Shown here: positions 34,697 through 46,360 of the stretch, one piece after another
Layout: each line of letters begins with the position of its first letter
Position numbering within the stretch: position 1 is the stretch's first letter
The notes under the pieces: model-generated
Told to the model about the DNA's origin: nothing
What the model saw: only the letters and a program-made list of their open reading frames with translations
The model's database searches: none
Position numbers and translations under genes: made by a program
NCBI RefSeq assembly: GCF_001194135.2
Contig: NC_069008.1
Span: 9,466,683 to 9,530,682 of the forward strand
DNA: 64,000 nucleotides
DNA from: Octopus bimaculoides
Lineage: Eukaryota
Direction of reading: 5' to 3'

Positions 34697-37693
34697 AATA
34701 ATATGTGAGTATATGCATGTATACGTATATACATATATGCGTGTGATAATACAAATAATATATAGTAGATAAGGAGTGGGGCAAAATGAGTAACGTCTGA
34801 TAGCTGGATAATTTTTGATGTTCAATAATGAATATTCTTTTCTCTGTTAGATTCAAAGTCACTTTTCGCAACACTAATATCTAATTTAATAATTTTCAAG
34901 TTTCAAAACATGTCTAAAATGTGGTAAAATGATTAATGACAAATTTCAATAATTTCTTCTCTTTAACTGCATTGTGTGTAAATATATATTGTGAAGAAAA
35001 CATTGCAGCAGACCATGAAGAAGCTATAGAGAATATTTTGAGGATTTTTTTTTTAATTAGTTGAGTTTCATTAATTTCATATCATGTGCCATTTTCCCCT
35101 AATCTTCTTTCATTTAACATAGATATTTTTTTCACTTCTGATGTCTAGGGATGGGTATTGATGTGTATGAGTCTGTTTTCTAGAGAACTGAAGCAGCAAA
35201 TTTACCTTATCTTGTCTTACTCATTTTGCCACATTTGTCTCAAAGAGAAGGGCGACAATTTTCTGAAATAGCAATAAGATTGTTATAATGCTTTTAATGC
35301 ATTTAAGGAAGGCCCTTTACTTAGTTGATATAGTTTTTTGGGTCAATATAAAGATCTTCACCCGTGAGCAACAAAAAAAATAATAAACCAGCCTGCTGTG
35401 TGTTAACAAGCATGCAGAAAACGAATATGAAAAAAAATTTAAGATTTTTCTGATTTGGCGAACACCACTTTTTATTTAGTGTTTTCTACCGAAACACTTT
35501 AAAACTTCGTATACTTGTACATTTTGTCTTATAGAACAGAGAAAAAATTTTATATTCGAAGTTATTTCTTGTTAAAAATTGTCATGTTTCGGTAATTTCA
35601 ACCAATCACTGATGTCTATTCAGCTGAATACAGTTACTGCTGTTCTTTGTCAACAATAATTTGTGGCGGTGTATATATCGTTAGTCCCTGGTAATCCTTT
35701 TGAATTAAGCAACAGTTATGCACTGGGATTAATATAATTGACTTACTCCTTCTATCAAAAACCAGGCCTTGTGCCTATAATAGAAAGGTTTATTAGCTAC
35801 TGCCAATATGCTTGAATTACACTATTCTACTTGTTTCAGATGATTGGATAATAGCTAATAAGGGAATCAAGCCAACAAAATAGTTGAAAGAAAGGGCTTC
35901 CAAACAGTTGCTTCGTTTCCTAGAAATAGCAGCCAAATCTTCCTCAAATCAAACTCTACCATCATTTAGAAAATGTGCTACTGAGTACACAGTACATAGA
36001 AAAATTACAGAGAAATTGTTGAACACATTTTCACCAAATTTGGCAAAAATACTCATTGGGTGAGTGGTTTGAAACGAGATTATCTAAAACCCGAACCCTA
36101 ACCCTANNNNNNNNNNNNNNNNNNNNNNNNNNNNNNNNNNNNNNNNNNNNNNNNNNNNNNNNNNNNNNNNNNNNNNNNNNNNNNNNNNNNNNNNNNNNNN
36201 NNNNNNNNNNNNNNNNNNNNNNNNNNNNNNNNNNNNNNNNNNNNNNNNNNNNNNNNNNNNNNNNNNNNNNNNNNNNNNNNNNNNNNNNNNNNNNNNNNNN
36301 NNNNNNNNNNNNNNNNNNNNNNNNNNNNNNNNNNNNNNNNNNNNNNNNNNNNNNNNNNNNNNNNNNNNNNNNNNNNNNNNNNNNNNNNNNNNNNNNNNNN
36401 NNNNNNNNNNNNNNNNNNNNNNNNNNNNNNNNNNNNNNNNNNNNNNNNNNNNNNNNNNNNNNNNNNNNNNNNNNNNNNNNNNNNNNNNNNNNNNNNNNNN
36501 NNNNNNNNNNNNNNNNNNNNNNNNNNNNNNNNNNNNNNNNNNNNNNNNNNNNNNNNNNNNNNNNNNNNNNNNNNNNNNNNNNNNNNNNNNNNNNNNNNNN
36601 NNNNNNNNNNNNNNNNNNNNNNNNNNNNNNNNNNNNNNNNNNNNNNNNNNNNNNNNNNNNNNNNNNNNNNNNNNNNNNNNNNNNNNNNNNNNNNNNNNNN
36701 NNNNNNNNNNNNNNNNNNNNNNNNNNNNNNNNNNNNNNNNNNNNNNNNNNNNNNNNNNNNNNNNNNNNNNNNNNNNNNNNNNNNNNNNNNNNNNNNNNNN
36801 NNNNNNNNNNNNNNNNNNNNNNNNNNNNNNNNNNNNNNNNNNNNNNNNNNNNNNNNNNNNNNNNNNNNNNNNNNNNNNNNNNNNNNNNNNNNNNNNNNNN
36901 NNNNNNNNNNNNNNNNNNNNNNNNNNNNNNNNNNNNNNNNNNNNNNNNNNNNNNNNNNNNNNNNNNNNNNNNNNNNNNNNNNNNNNNNNNNNNNNNNNNN
37001 NNNNNNNNNNNNNNNNNNNNNNNNNNNNNNAAATTTCCCCCCCCCCCCCTTTCATTTTTCACTGTTTCCGGACAAAAATTAAAATTAGAATGGTTTTAAT
37101 TTTTGTCTAGAAGAGTTCGGTTAACGAACGAATGCGCTAATAAAGAACTATCCAAATTTCTGACTGCCTCCTATTTTTCAATACATACATATATAAATAT
37201 AGACTGCTCTACTTCTTAGAGCGTGCTTTTTTCTCCGTTTCTGTTTTTCTAAAAAGAAAACGATATGGTTAACCTCCAGTTTTTGACCCGAGCAAAAATA
37301 TGAAAATAAAATAGTTGTAAAACATTTATTTTTGGATATTCATTTATAATATGCGTTTTACAGCTATTACACTATTTTATTTTCATTTTTTTGTTCGGGT
37401 CAAAAACTAAATATATATATCTTATACAAGAGGGACGAGTGACTTTGAAGTTTTAGCCGGTTAGCCTTAGTCAAACTGTAGTACATTTGGGTTCTTTCAT
37501 ATCGAGAGCATTCGTGAGTAACCATACTATACGGTAGCGCTTTTCAACCTGTGAGCTGCGACAAAAAAGAAGGAAAGAAAGACAACGCAAGTGGGTGCAA
37601 AGTGCAGAATATAAACCAACGTTTTTCAAACTGTGGGTCCCGACCCTTCAGTGGGACACGAGATAAATAAAATGGATCGCGACAAAAATGTTT

Positions 37694-38036
37694 GGCACTA
37701 TCATGCTATTAGCTGTCAGAAGTGAAAGTGCTCACTGCCTGCTAGTGAAGTGTCTGTCTGTCTTCCTGTCTGCCTGCATGCCTGTCGATTCTTTGGCTAC
37801 TGACAACTAATACCATGACTGGCCGGAGCGAGCTATATGTCTGTCTGTCTCTCTCTCTATATATATATCTATCTATTACTCGAAAGTTCGCGCTAGCTAG
37901 TCGTGAGTGGTCGATCCTATTATTTTTAAACTTCAAACTTCATTTGTTTTCTATTTTGATAAATTCTCTCTGTTGAAAATTATATTTTTATATTTTAAAC
38001 GACTAGCTAGCGCGGACGCGCGAACTTTCGAGTAAT

Positions 38037-38069
<33 letters not shown>

Positions 38070-38191
38070 CATATAGCTCGCTCCGGCCAGTCATGGTATT
38101 AGCTGTCAGTAGCCAAAGAATCGACAGGCCAGCAACAGGCATGCAGGCAGAGAGCACTTTCAATTCTGACAGCTAATAGCATGATAGTGCC
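37694..38191. mobile_element. 498-bp fold-back MITE with 8-bp TSD
   Basis: Termini GGCACTATCATGCTATTAGCTGTCAGAA / TTCTGACAGCTAATAGCATGATAGTGCC. Arms about 200 bp. TSD AAATGTTT at 37686-37693 and 38192-38199. Confidence 0.9.
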
Positions 38192-38794
38192 AAATGTTTG
38201 AAAAACGCTGCCATATTGTTATAGTATATGTACTCCACGAAGTGTATTGAGGAATTCATTAGTTTAATGTTAAACTTTTTATTACAACTCGATATATTAA
38301 TATGTATGTATGTATAACGTTATTCTGTACAAAACTGCTCATGTTCGACAAACGAAACATTCGCCCTATTGAGCTTGCCCAGAGAGGATGAAGTGTGGCT
38401 ATCCACCAGATTTGAAAATGATAATGTTTTCTTTCATTAGCCACACCCGTATCTTGATAAGATATGCGCAACTATTATTATCAAACTAAAAGAAACACTT
38501 GAAAGGAAGTGACACCAAAATTTAATTCTAAATCAACCAAGGACCAGTTTCATATAAAAAGCTCAAAACCGAGGGGTAGAAAAGACGGGGGAAAAAATAA
38601 AGAAATTTAGGTCTCCCCCTCTACCCTCACGACAGTAACGATTGATACGTTCCGTCTAATACCACTTACATTTTTTTTTTAATCCTTCCAAATTCCTGAT
38701 TATCTTCTGAAGTAAATAAAACACGTAAGCAGCTAGTATTACATAAGAAATACAGTCACGAAAGGTTTAAAGACAAAAATAGAGAATAACTGAC

Positions 38795-38811
38795 CTTAAA
38801 GACAAACTCAT
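38795..38811 (-). CDS. CETN3: Centrin-3 coding exon 1 (ATG AGT TTG TCT TTA AG, MSLSLR)
   Basis: 17 nt followed by donor GTCAGT. Phase 2 fits the exon 2 start (G ACA). Matches the human CETN3 N-terminus MSLALR and its 17-nt first coding exon (from recall). The exon is short, so support is partly contextual. Confidence 0.85.
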
Positions 38812-39034
38812 AGCTGACACAAGTATTTGTATTGAGAAAGTATTACGAGTTTACATAGTAACGGTGTATATACTTATTTTCTAGCCGTAGTTCAGTATTT
38901 CCGTGAGAAATATTAAATTATCCCCTATAGTATAATTTATTCTAACAAAACATCGACATTTAAGTAGGGATAAATATTACCTCTCGGTAATACTACCTCT
39001 GTCGTTAATATATATTTGTTGAAGAATTAGTCTA

Positions 39035-39424
39035 GATAATTGTTCAGTTTAGGGATATTAAAAAAATAAATAAAAATTAAGGGGGAGATAACTAGTAAAG
39101 TGATATAAAACAAATCAGCTTAAATACTGTAACATTGTGAATTACAATTTTCGCACGTGTATAAATTCATAACGATGCCGTGCCAATCACTGAAGCATCT
39201 TGCCTCGTGATTCTGCTAATTGGGTGATATTCTAAGAGTCCTCCACGATTGATTCACAGTTGAGGATTTCATTTTCAGTAACAATGAAATGCAGTCTCGC
39301 CGGCTATTCTGATCAATTCCAAAGTAAATAATATCCAATATTTATGCTGACTTGTGTCCTTTTACTAGTTATCTCCCCCTTAATTTTTATTTACTTTTTT
39401 AGTATCCTTAACTGAACAATTACC
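39035..39424. mobile_element. MITE with ~65-bp TIRs (G(G/A)TAATTGTTCAG...CTGAACAATTACC), Merlin-like
   Basis: Same family as 43470-44077, in the opposite orientation (internal sequences are reverse complements). Possible eroded 9-bp TSD ATTAGTCTA/ATTGGTTTA. Confidence 0.8.
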
Positions 39425-40129
39425 ATTGGTTTATTATGTATACAGCGGCAAAAGCGCAGTAGAACCGGTAATACATAAATAAACAAAAAGTCTGATTCAG
39501 ATTGGTTTTTGCTCGTGTTCTGAGTTACAAGTCAACAAATCTAAAACTGTATGTGTGTGTGAGAGAGTAAGAAATCGTTTCTTGGATTTATAGCTTAAGA
39601 ATCGAAACCTTAACATATATTTTCCTATAAGATCTTTTTCTTTGTTTTCGACTTTCGTACTTGAAAATTATAAATGTAACCTGTCCAACTTATCTTGGTT
39701 CCTTTGTTTGAGTTACGATCATTTGGAGATTATGATAGATAAGATATACACATTCCTTTGTTCTCGTAACTACTTTCTGTTTTTCCCATTGGTATAAATT
39801 GGAACTCTAAAGACCATGGGGGTTAGTATTTTCTCTTTTCTTACTTCCACATGCTACATGTCAATCGTTTTCTGGCAAGCACATGCGAGGGTGAGTGAGC
39901 TTCATTCTTGTCATCCAACTTGAACTATTAAACTGCCGACTGGTATTTTTTCCTTGCTTTGTTTACTGACCCTATGTGCGATTAAAAACTGTAAGCAACA
40001 TTTGGATCTTTTCTGTTTGACTACCATGATTTCAAAAATCAAAGTTTATTGAAAAGGTTTTAATTAATTACGTTAATGTAGTTTTTCATGCTAAATTGCT
40101 GGAAATATTTCACTTTTTCCAGAAAAAAT

Positions 40130-40417
40130 TGGCGTTCCTTCGTTGAAACCAAAACAAAAAGTCGCTTGTTTCCGTGAAAATTCGACAATTTACTTCGGAT
40201 ATCTTCGTGACCTCCGTGACAGCTGTTCTTGTGTGTGTGTGCGTGCGTGCGTGCTTGTTCTTGTCTGTGTGTGGGTGTACAGAACCGCACGCGCGCACAC
40301 ACACACAAGAGCAGCTGTCAGGAAAGTACGAAGATATCCGAAGTGAATTGTCGAGTTGTCACGGAAACAAGTGACTTCTTGTTTTGGTTTAGTCGAGCCA
40401 AAACGAAGGAACGCCAA
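40130..40417. repeat. CpG-rich ~290-bp fold-back element
   Basis: GGCGTTCCTTCGTT / AACGAAGGAACGCC ends; arms about 40147-40243 and 40293-40390. Confidence 0.85.
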
Positions 40418-40502
40418 AAAAAATTTTTTTTTAAGTTATAGAGGTTTAAATTTGAGATTTTCACCCAGTTAAGAAATAGAATATGTTTTGTCCAACATAT
40501 AG

Positions 40503-40646
40503 CACGTGTGATTTTTATATGAATGGCTGTGTGGTGTTGCATACTGCGCATGCGTTATTTGGTTACTGTGCACTGAATGCTATCAAAACGTTGCTTCACA
40601 GCGCTCTTGAAGTGAAAAAATTCGAAGGCGCAATTATAAGGTAAGA
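40503..40646 (+). promoter_or_regulatory. Candidate divergent promoter and non-coding first exon (E-box, NRF1-like motif, splice donor)
   Basis: CACGTG at 40503-40508; TGCGCATGCG at 40545-40554; strong donor AAG|GTAAGA at 40640/40641. About 1.75 kb upstream of the CETN3 ATG. No downstream exon identified. Confidence 0.4.
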
Positions 40647-40699
40647 CCTATGTCTTTTGGGGATTCAGTGGGGGTTTGTTGTACATTTTTTGCGAACAA

Positions 40700-42860
40700 G
40701 AAATCCCTACTGAGTTCCGAGGCATTTGTCTGCCTCTAGTTGCGCTGTCTCACTTAATTGTGAGAATTGTTTTGGGGGCATATCGCACCTCCGAAAAATT
40801 GTGGAATATTTTGGAAAATTCTACCAATTTGTGGCGGATTTTTTTGTGTTCCTGCTGCTGTGACCCTGGAGTACGTTTTGGAGTACCTGTTGGCCAGGAT
40901 TACTGGGTGGCCGGAATTGTGTGTTGCTGTGATTTGAACTGTCTCCCTTCTTTCTTTTTCTCTGCTCTGTCTTTCTGCTCTTCTTTGTCTTCCTTCAAAC
41001 TATTTTTTTGGACTTTGTTTAGACTTTTTGTTTTGAATTGTTTATTGGACTTTTTTCTTCAAGTATGGCGAAGAAGATGAACACTGCATTGGAGTGGGAA
41101 ATTATCCCACCCAAGCAATGGTTAAAAGACTTAAATGAGAGAACGGTAATGTTGAGGACTTATTCTAAGTCACTCGGCACCATCACGGTCTTTCCCAAGA
41201 CTGAAATTGAAAAAGAGTTGGCAGAATATCTGCCAACTATTAAGTTTATTTCCAGGGGTGCTAGGTATGCAACGGTGGCTCGCAAATTTGCGAGCCAACC
41301 TTTAGAAGGGCAAAAGATTCTGTTTCTCTCCACATACTGTGGGAAGAGATTAACAAGAGCTTGGGTTTGTGGGCTGCCACCGGGCATTGAACCGGAATGG
41401 ATAGAGGATACTATTCGCCGGGGCCTGGATGGCAGCGGATCCAAGCTGCTAAATGTGAAATTGTTGCCGGCAGCTGATTGGGTGGGGTCAAAAGCGGTTT
41501 TGACCCGATGGACCTAATCGGCTGCTAAAGATCTGNNNNNNNNNNNNNNNNNNNNNNNNNNNNNNNNNNNNNNNNNNNNNNNNNNNNNNNNNNNNNNNNN
41601 NNNNNNNNNNNNNNNNNNNNNNNNNNNNNNNNNNNNNNNNNNNNNNNNNNNNNNNNNNNNNNNNNNNNNNNNNNNNNNNNNNNNNNNNNNNNNNNNNNNN
41701 NNNNNNNNNNNNNNNNNNNNNNNNNNNNNNNNNNNNNNNNNNNNNNNNNNNNNNNNNNNNNNNNNNNNNNNNNNNNNNNNNNNNNNNNNNNNNNNNNNNN
41801 NNNNNNNNNNNNNNNNNNNNNNNNNNNNNNNNNNNNNNNNNNNNNNNNNNNNNNNNNNNNNNNNNNNNNNNNNNNNNNNNNNNNNNNNNNNNNNNNNNNN
41901 NNNNNNNNNNNNNNNNNNNNNNNNNNNNNNNNNNNNNNNNNNNNNNNNNNNNNNNNNNNNNNNNNNNNNNNNNNNNNNNNNNNNNNNNNNNNNNNNNNNN
42001 NNNNNNNNNNNNNNNNNNNNNNNNNNNNNNNNNNNNNNNNNNNNNNNNNNNNNNNNNNNNNNNNNNNNNNGACATATTTCATCCGGTTTAATCGTAATTT
42101 ATACGCATATATTGTTTATATAATAAATTACGCTGTGCGTATCTATGTGTGTAACAATTTTAGAGTTAGGGTTAGGGTTAGGGGATTAATACGATATACA
42201 GCGTTAACTGTTTTCAACTGAATAGACGTCAGTGATTAGTAGAAATTATTGAAATAAGACAATTTTTTACATGAAATAAATTTGAATACAAAATTTTTTT
42301 TCTGTTCTATAACACAAAATAGATAAGTATACGAAGTTTGAAAGTCTTTCGGTACCAAAAACACTACATAAAACATAAATGAAAACTGGTGCCCCCGTTT
42401 TGAACAAGATCCAAAAAGAGAAAAAAAACAAAGAAAGGGACATTGCTGGCGGTTAGTAGTACAGTGCCAGCATGTCCTGAAACCTCATTGGTGGGAATTG
42501 TGCCACCAACGAAAGAAACTGTGGCCCCCTCCCAGTGCAATGACAGATGATTTTGTGATCTTCTTTCATAAGGGAGGGGCAATATAGAGCTTCATAAAGA
42601 AGCTAGAGGGCCGGAGGGAGAGGACCCTGCCCTGGACTGGAGACCCGGATTGTCCTCCGCAGGTGACTGCAGAGGTCCTAACGGATGTTGAAATGTTCAG
42701 GGTGATGGACTCCTTTCCAAAGGACCAGTATAGGTTTGCCTTTTGGGGCACCAACCTGGAACTACAGGATTGCCTGCAGGATGCATATGGCCTGGTTGGA
42801 GAGAAAGGATAAGATCCTTCATTGTCTATATTGTTTGTATTTTTTTGTAAGAGGCTCAGC
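40700..42860 (+). mobile_element. L1/Tx1-type element 5' UTR and ORF1 (ATG 41065), interrupted by a gap and another repeat
   Basis: ORF1 RTVMLRTY...FA.QPL....LF..TYCGKRLTRAWVCGLPPG aligns by eye with ORF1 of the 47.5-51.5 kb element. A GC-richer coding-like segment resumes at 42370-42810. No ORF2 seen. Confidence 0.6.
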
Positions 42861-43469
42861 ACTTCAATTTGTAAAGACAATTACGTCAATTATTATTGAA
42901 CTGAGGTAAGAGGTTTAATACCTCGTTTTGTTTTAAAAACAAAAACAAAAAAAGAACAATGTTTTCGAGAATACAATAATCAGCGGGCGTTGTTTGCTTC
43001 TCCCACCAACCATTTCTTTCATTTCATCATCATTGTGTCCTTCTCCAGCCTGCAACTACTTCCTCTATGTGTGGCTTGTATGGCCAATTAAATGAAATAA
43101 AGTAACTTGCTTACCAACCACATGGTTCCAGGTTCAGTCCCAATGCATGACGCCTTGCGCATGTGTCTTCTACTATAGCCTCAGGCCTTGTGAGTGGATT
43201 TAGTAGACAGAAGCTGAAAGAAGTCCATCATGCATATATTACATGGAAAAATGTGAGCATGAAAAGTAATATTAAGATTATAAACCTGAAAAAGTACAGG
43301 ACAGGTTATTACACCTGTAAAAGTATAGGACAAGCTATTCTAATAAAGTAAAGAATAAGAAACTTTTTACTTAAAATATTGCAGCAAAGAATGCTAGTTC
43401 TTCTAATTTATCACTCTACAGTTCTCACCTTTTAAATTTATTGTACAAAACTGTTCAGCTAAAAATGTG

Positions 43470-44077
43470 AGTAATTGTTCAGTTTAAGGATATTAAAAAA
43501 GTAAATAAAAATTAAGGGGGAGATAACTAGAAGAGGGACATAAATAAGTCAACTTACTGTTAAACAATATAGATATTACAGAGATGTACTTGCATAGCAA
43601 GTGACCTGATCTGAGATTGCATGCTGGAATGAAAACAATTGCAGCATGGAAGGTGTTTATAAGCCATTTAAAACACAAAAGCCATTAAATTCACTTCAAC
43701 ATTTAAATTTAATTTGCCAAAATATTTTTGTCGCTTTGAGACCATGACCTGTTCACTAATATTGGAATTGATCAGAATGGCATGTGGAAAACCAGCGTGA
43801 CTGCAATTCGTTGTTACTGAAACTGAAATCCTCAACTGTGAATCAATCGTGGAGGAATCTTGGAATATCACCCAATTAGCTGAATCATGAGACAAGATTC
43901 TTCAGCGGTTGTCACAGAATTGACTAATTATGAATTTATGCACATGCAAAAATTGTAATTCACAATGTTACCTTACTAGAGTGTTTATGTTAACAGTAAG
44001 TTGACTTATATCTCTTTACTAGTTATTTCCCCCTTAATTATCATTTACTTTTAATATCCCTAAACTGAACAATTACC
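43470..44077. mobile_element. 608-bp Merlin-like MITE with 8-bp TSD
   Basis: Termini AGTAATTGTTCAG / CTGAACAATTACC; TSD AAAATGTG at 43462-43469 and 44078-44085; TIRs about 85 bp. Confidence 0.85.
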
Positions 44078-44599
44078 AAAATGTGTATTAAATGAATATG
44101 AAAACAAAAATTTGCACCAACGAACAAGGGTTTGGGGAGAGGACTTATGGAAAATTCACATGATCTGATTTTTTTCTCTCATGACTTTTAGGAGAGGGCA
44201 AAACTTTTGATGAAATTTTATAAATACCTTTCAAATGGCATAGATTACAATTATAAAGAAATTTGTGGGAAAAATGTTTTACGAGCGGGTGGGGAAAGGA
44301 TTTTTAGAATATTCATACAATTCAATTTTTTCCTTTGTAGCAAGTTAAAGTAAACATTAATCAGCTTTTAACAAAAACTTAAAAGATTTATCCAAAAACA
44401 AAACAGCACATTACAAATTAAATATTTAAAAAAAAACATTTTGTTGACCAGTTCATTAAAAACGGAATTTAGAAATGTATTTGAGCAATTTCTCGAACAA
44501 ATCACAGTTTTCATATCTCCTAAACTACATAAATTCACAGAGATATGAATCTACCATAGAACAATAAGTGCCACAGCATCATTTATTACCTTGCTTTAC

Positions 44600-45330
44600 A
44601 GAGTGTGGGTACCATCTTTCGAGTTAAACTCAACGCTGTGGTTCACTATTCTATGTTCGAAATTGTAATCATCAATTTCAGGAATGTGAGAGTACACTCT
44701 CCACAAATCGCTGAAAACTGACTCTTGGAAGAATTGTGTGAGGTATGCATTCCTCCAGTGTTTCACGGTGGTATTGCATAAAGAAAAACCTGTCTGGTCT
44801 CATGATACACTCCTTCGAAAACCCACTGCTCAGGTAGGACCTTTTCTCAGTTGTACTTCCGTCTTTAAAAGACTGTTTTGTCAATCTCAACAATCTTCTC
44901 AAGACTACCAACCTTAACTGGATGACAGAGCCAGTCCTCCACACATACTTACCTAACATAGCTGTTATGATCAACAGCTGTGCAATGGCTCGTCCTCAGT
45001 TCTTCAACACAGAACCAGACTGAAGTCAATTACTTAACCCATGAGTAAAGGAAAAGCACTACAGTCCTAAGTGGAATGGTGCCACTTTCAAACCATGTGT
45101 CTTTCCGCACTGACAAACTCCGTGCATCCTTGGTGTGAGCATCACCAATACATATTCCCACTACATTTTTGTACTTCTTTATTTTACATTATTTTCTTTT
45201 GGTTATAACGCCCTTTTCTTGCAACTATGAAACCGCATCCTCCTCTGGTGTTTTATTTGAGACATTTGGCTGCTATTTTTTAGTACATATGACAACCATC
45301 TCAATGACTAGAATATACTTGTCAACGCAT
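44600..45330 (-). pseudogene. Merlin (IS1016/ISXO2-like DDE) transposase relic
   Basis: Hand translation across frameshifts gives EEDAVS*LQEKGVI...CSHQGC...RKDTWFES...FLYSW...IVEIDKTVF*RRKYN*EKVLPEQWVFEGV...FSDLWRVYSHI...HRIVNHSVEF..DGTHT. Not evident in the supplied frame of the ORF track. Confidence 0.82.
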
Positions 45331-45529
45331 GCTTTCTCATGGATAAAAGAGTTCTCATCTGGCTTGTTACTATGAAAATGGGCATGAATGTGTTTGTGGC
45401 TTATGATTGGCTAAAATTACCCAAACTTTTCAAACTTTAAAAGCTAATAACTCTTTATTTCTTGATTTATGGCAAAAATGATTTTCATGATATTGATTAG
45501 CATATAAAACTATATCATTACATTGAATA

Positions 45530-46360
45530 TGAAATTGAAATTGAAGGGATTGAAAATTGGCAGCCAAACAGAAAATTTTTTCTAATATTGGAGGGCTGTT
45601 GCCATCTCAACTGTAAAACAAAAATCTCATCCCTGAGAGACCTTGCTGCATGCAGTCGAGCTCTATACATAGTACTTGTGGAAACACATCTTAGACCTGA
45701 CATAGAGGATGCAGAAATACATATACCACAATATGTTCTAATACACTCAGATAGAAAAAAAAGGAGCTATGGTGGAGTTACTGTCTACATTTGAGAGGAC
45801 CTCGCACCCTAGGTCCTGCTGCCAAATATTCAAATTCAGTGTGTGATACTCAAATTGAACATATTGTTATATGCACTACATATCACCAACCAGATGTTTC
45901 AAATCCTACAGGTAAGTTTGAAGACTGTCTAGCAAAGATAGAAGTTCTCACCAAACTGGAACAACATATCAGTGTATTCCTTTTGAGTGACTTTAACTTC
46001 CCCAAAGTGAGATGGCCTGAGGGCCAGATGCTGCCAGGAATGACGCACCACCAGCAAGCACAGGTGGAGTCCCTTCTACACCTTACCAATGCTTCTTTCA
46101 TGGAGCAAATTGTGCTGCAACCAACCAGGGCAAATGATATACTGGATCCCTGCTTCACAAACAATATGGACATTATCCATAATGTTAAAGTGACACAGAT
46201 GCTAATCTACGATCACAACATAATAAAACTGTCTGTGTATGGACCAAAAGCCCCTGCATGCATACAACCAATACAAAGCTCTCGAAATCTCTCCAAACTG
46301 AATTTTCATAAAACAAACAGGATTGGCTTAAATGTCTTTCCACACCAGACATTGACATGA
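45530..46360 (+). mobile_element. CR1/L2-type LINE APE endonuclease fragment
   Basis: IVLVETHL...HIPQY....SDR....GGV..YI; LLSDFNFP.V.W; MEQIVLQPTRANDILD.CFTN; DHNII. Confidence 0.8.

Noticed and set aside
36086-36107. True chromosome end or telomere at the gap
   Set aside because: Only about three units are visible, the site lies inside CETN3 intron 1, and similar short tracts are part of dispersed repeats.
42895-42912. Second strong donor (GAG|GTAAGA) as a host exon
   Set aside because: No upstream acceptor or coding frame could be supported; it lies at a TE boundary.
43895-43910. Minus-strand CTGAAGA inside the MITE
   Set aside because: No stem II or GAAA in register; a chance heptamer.
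45410-45422. GGTAATT (minus strand) as the Merlin relic's 5' TIR
   Set aside because: The same motif with similar context occurs internally in another repeat (~35594), and no matching 3' TIR or TSD was found.
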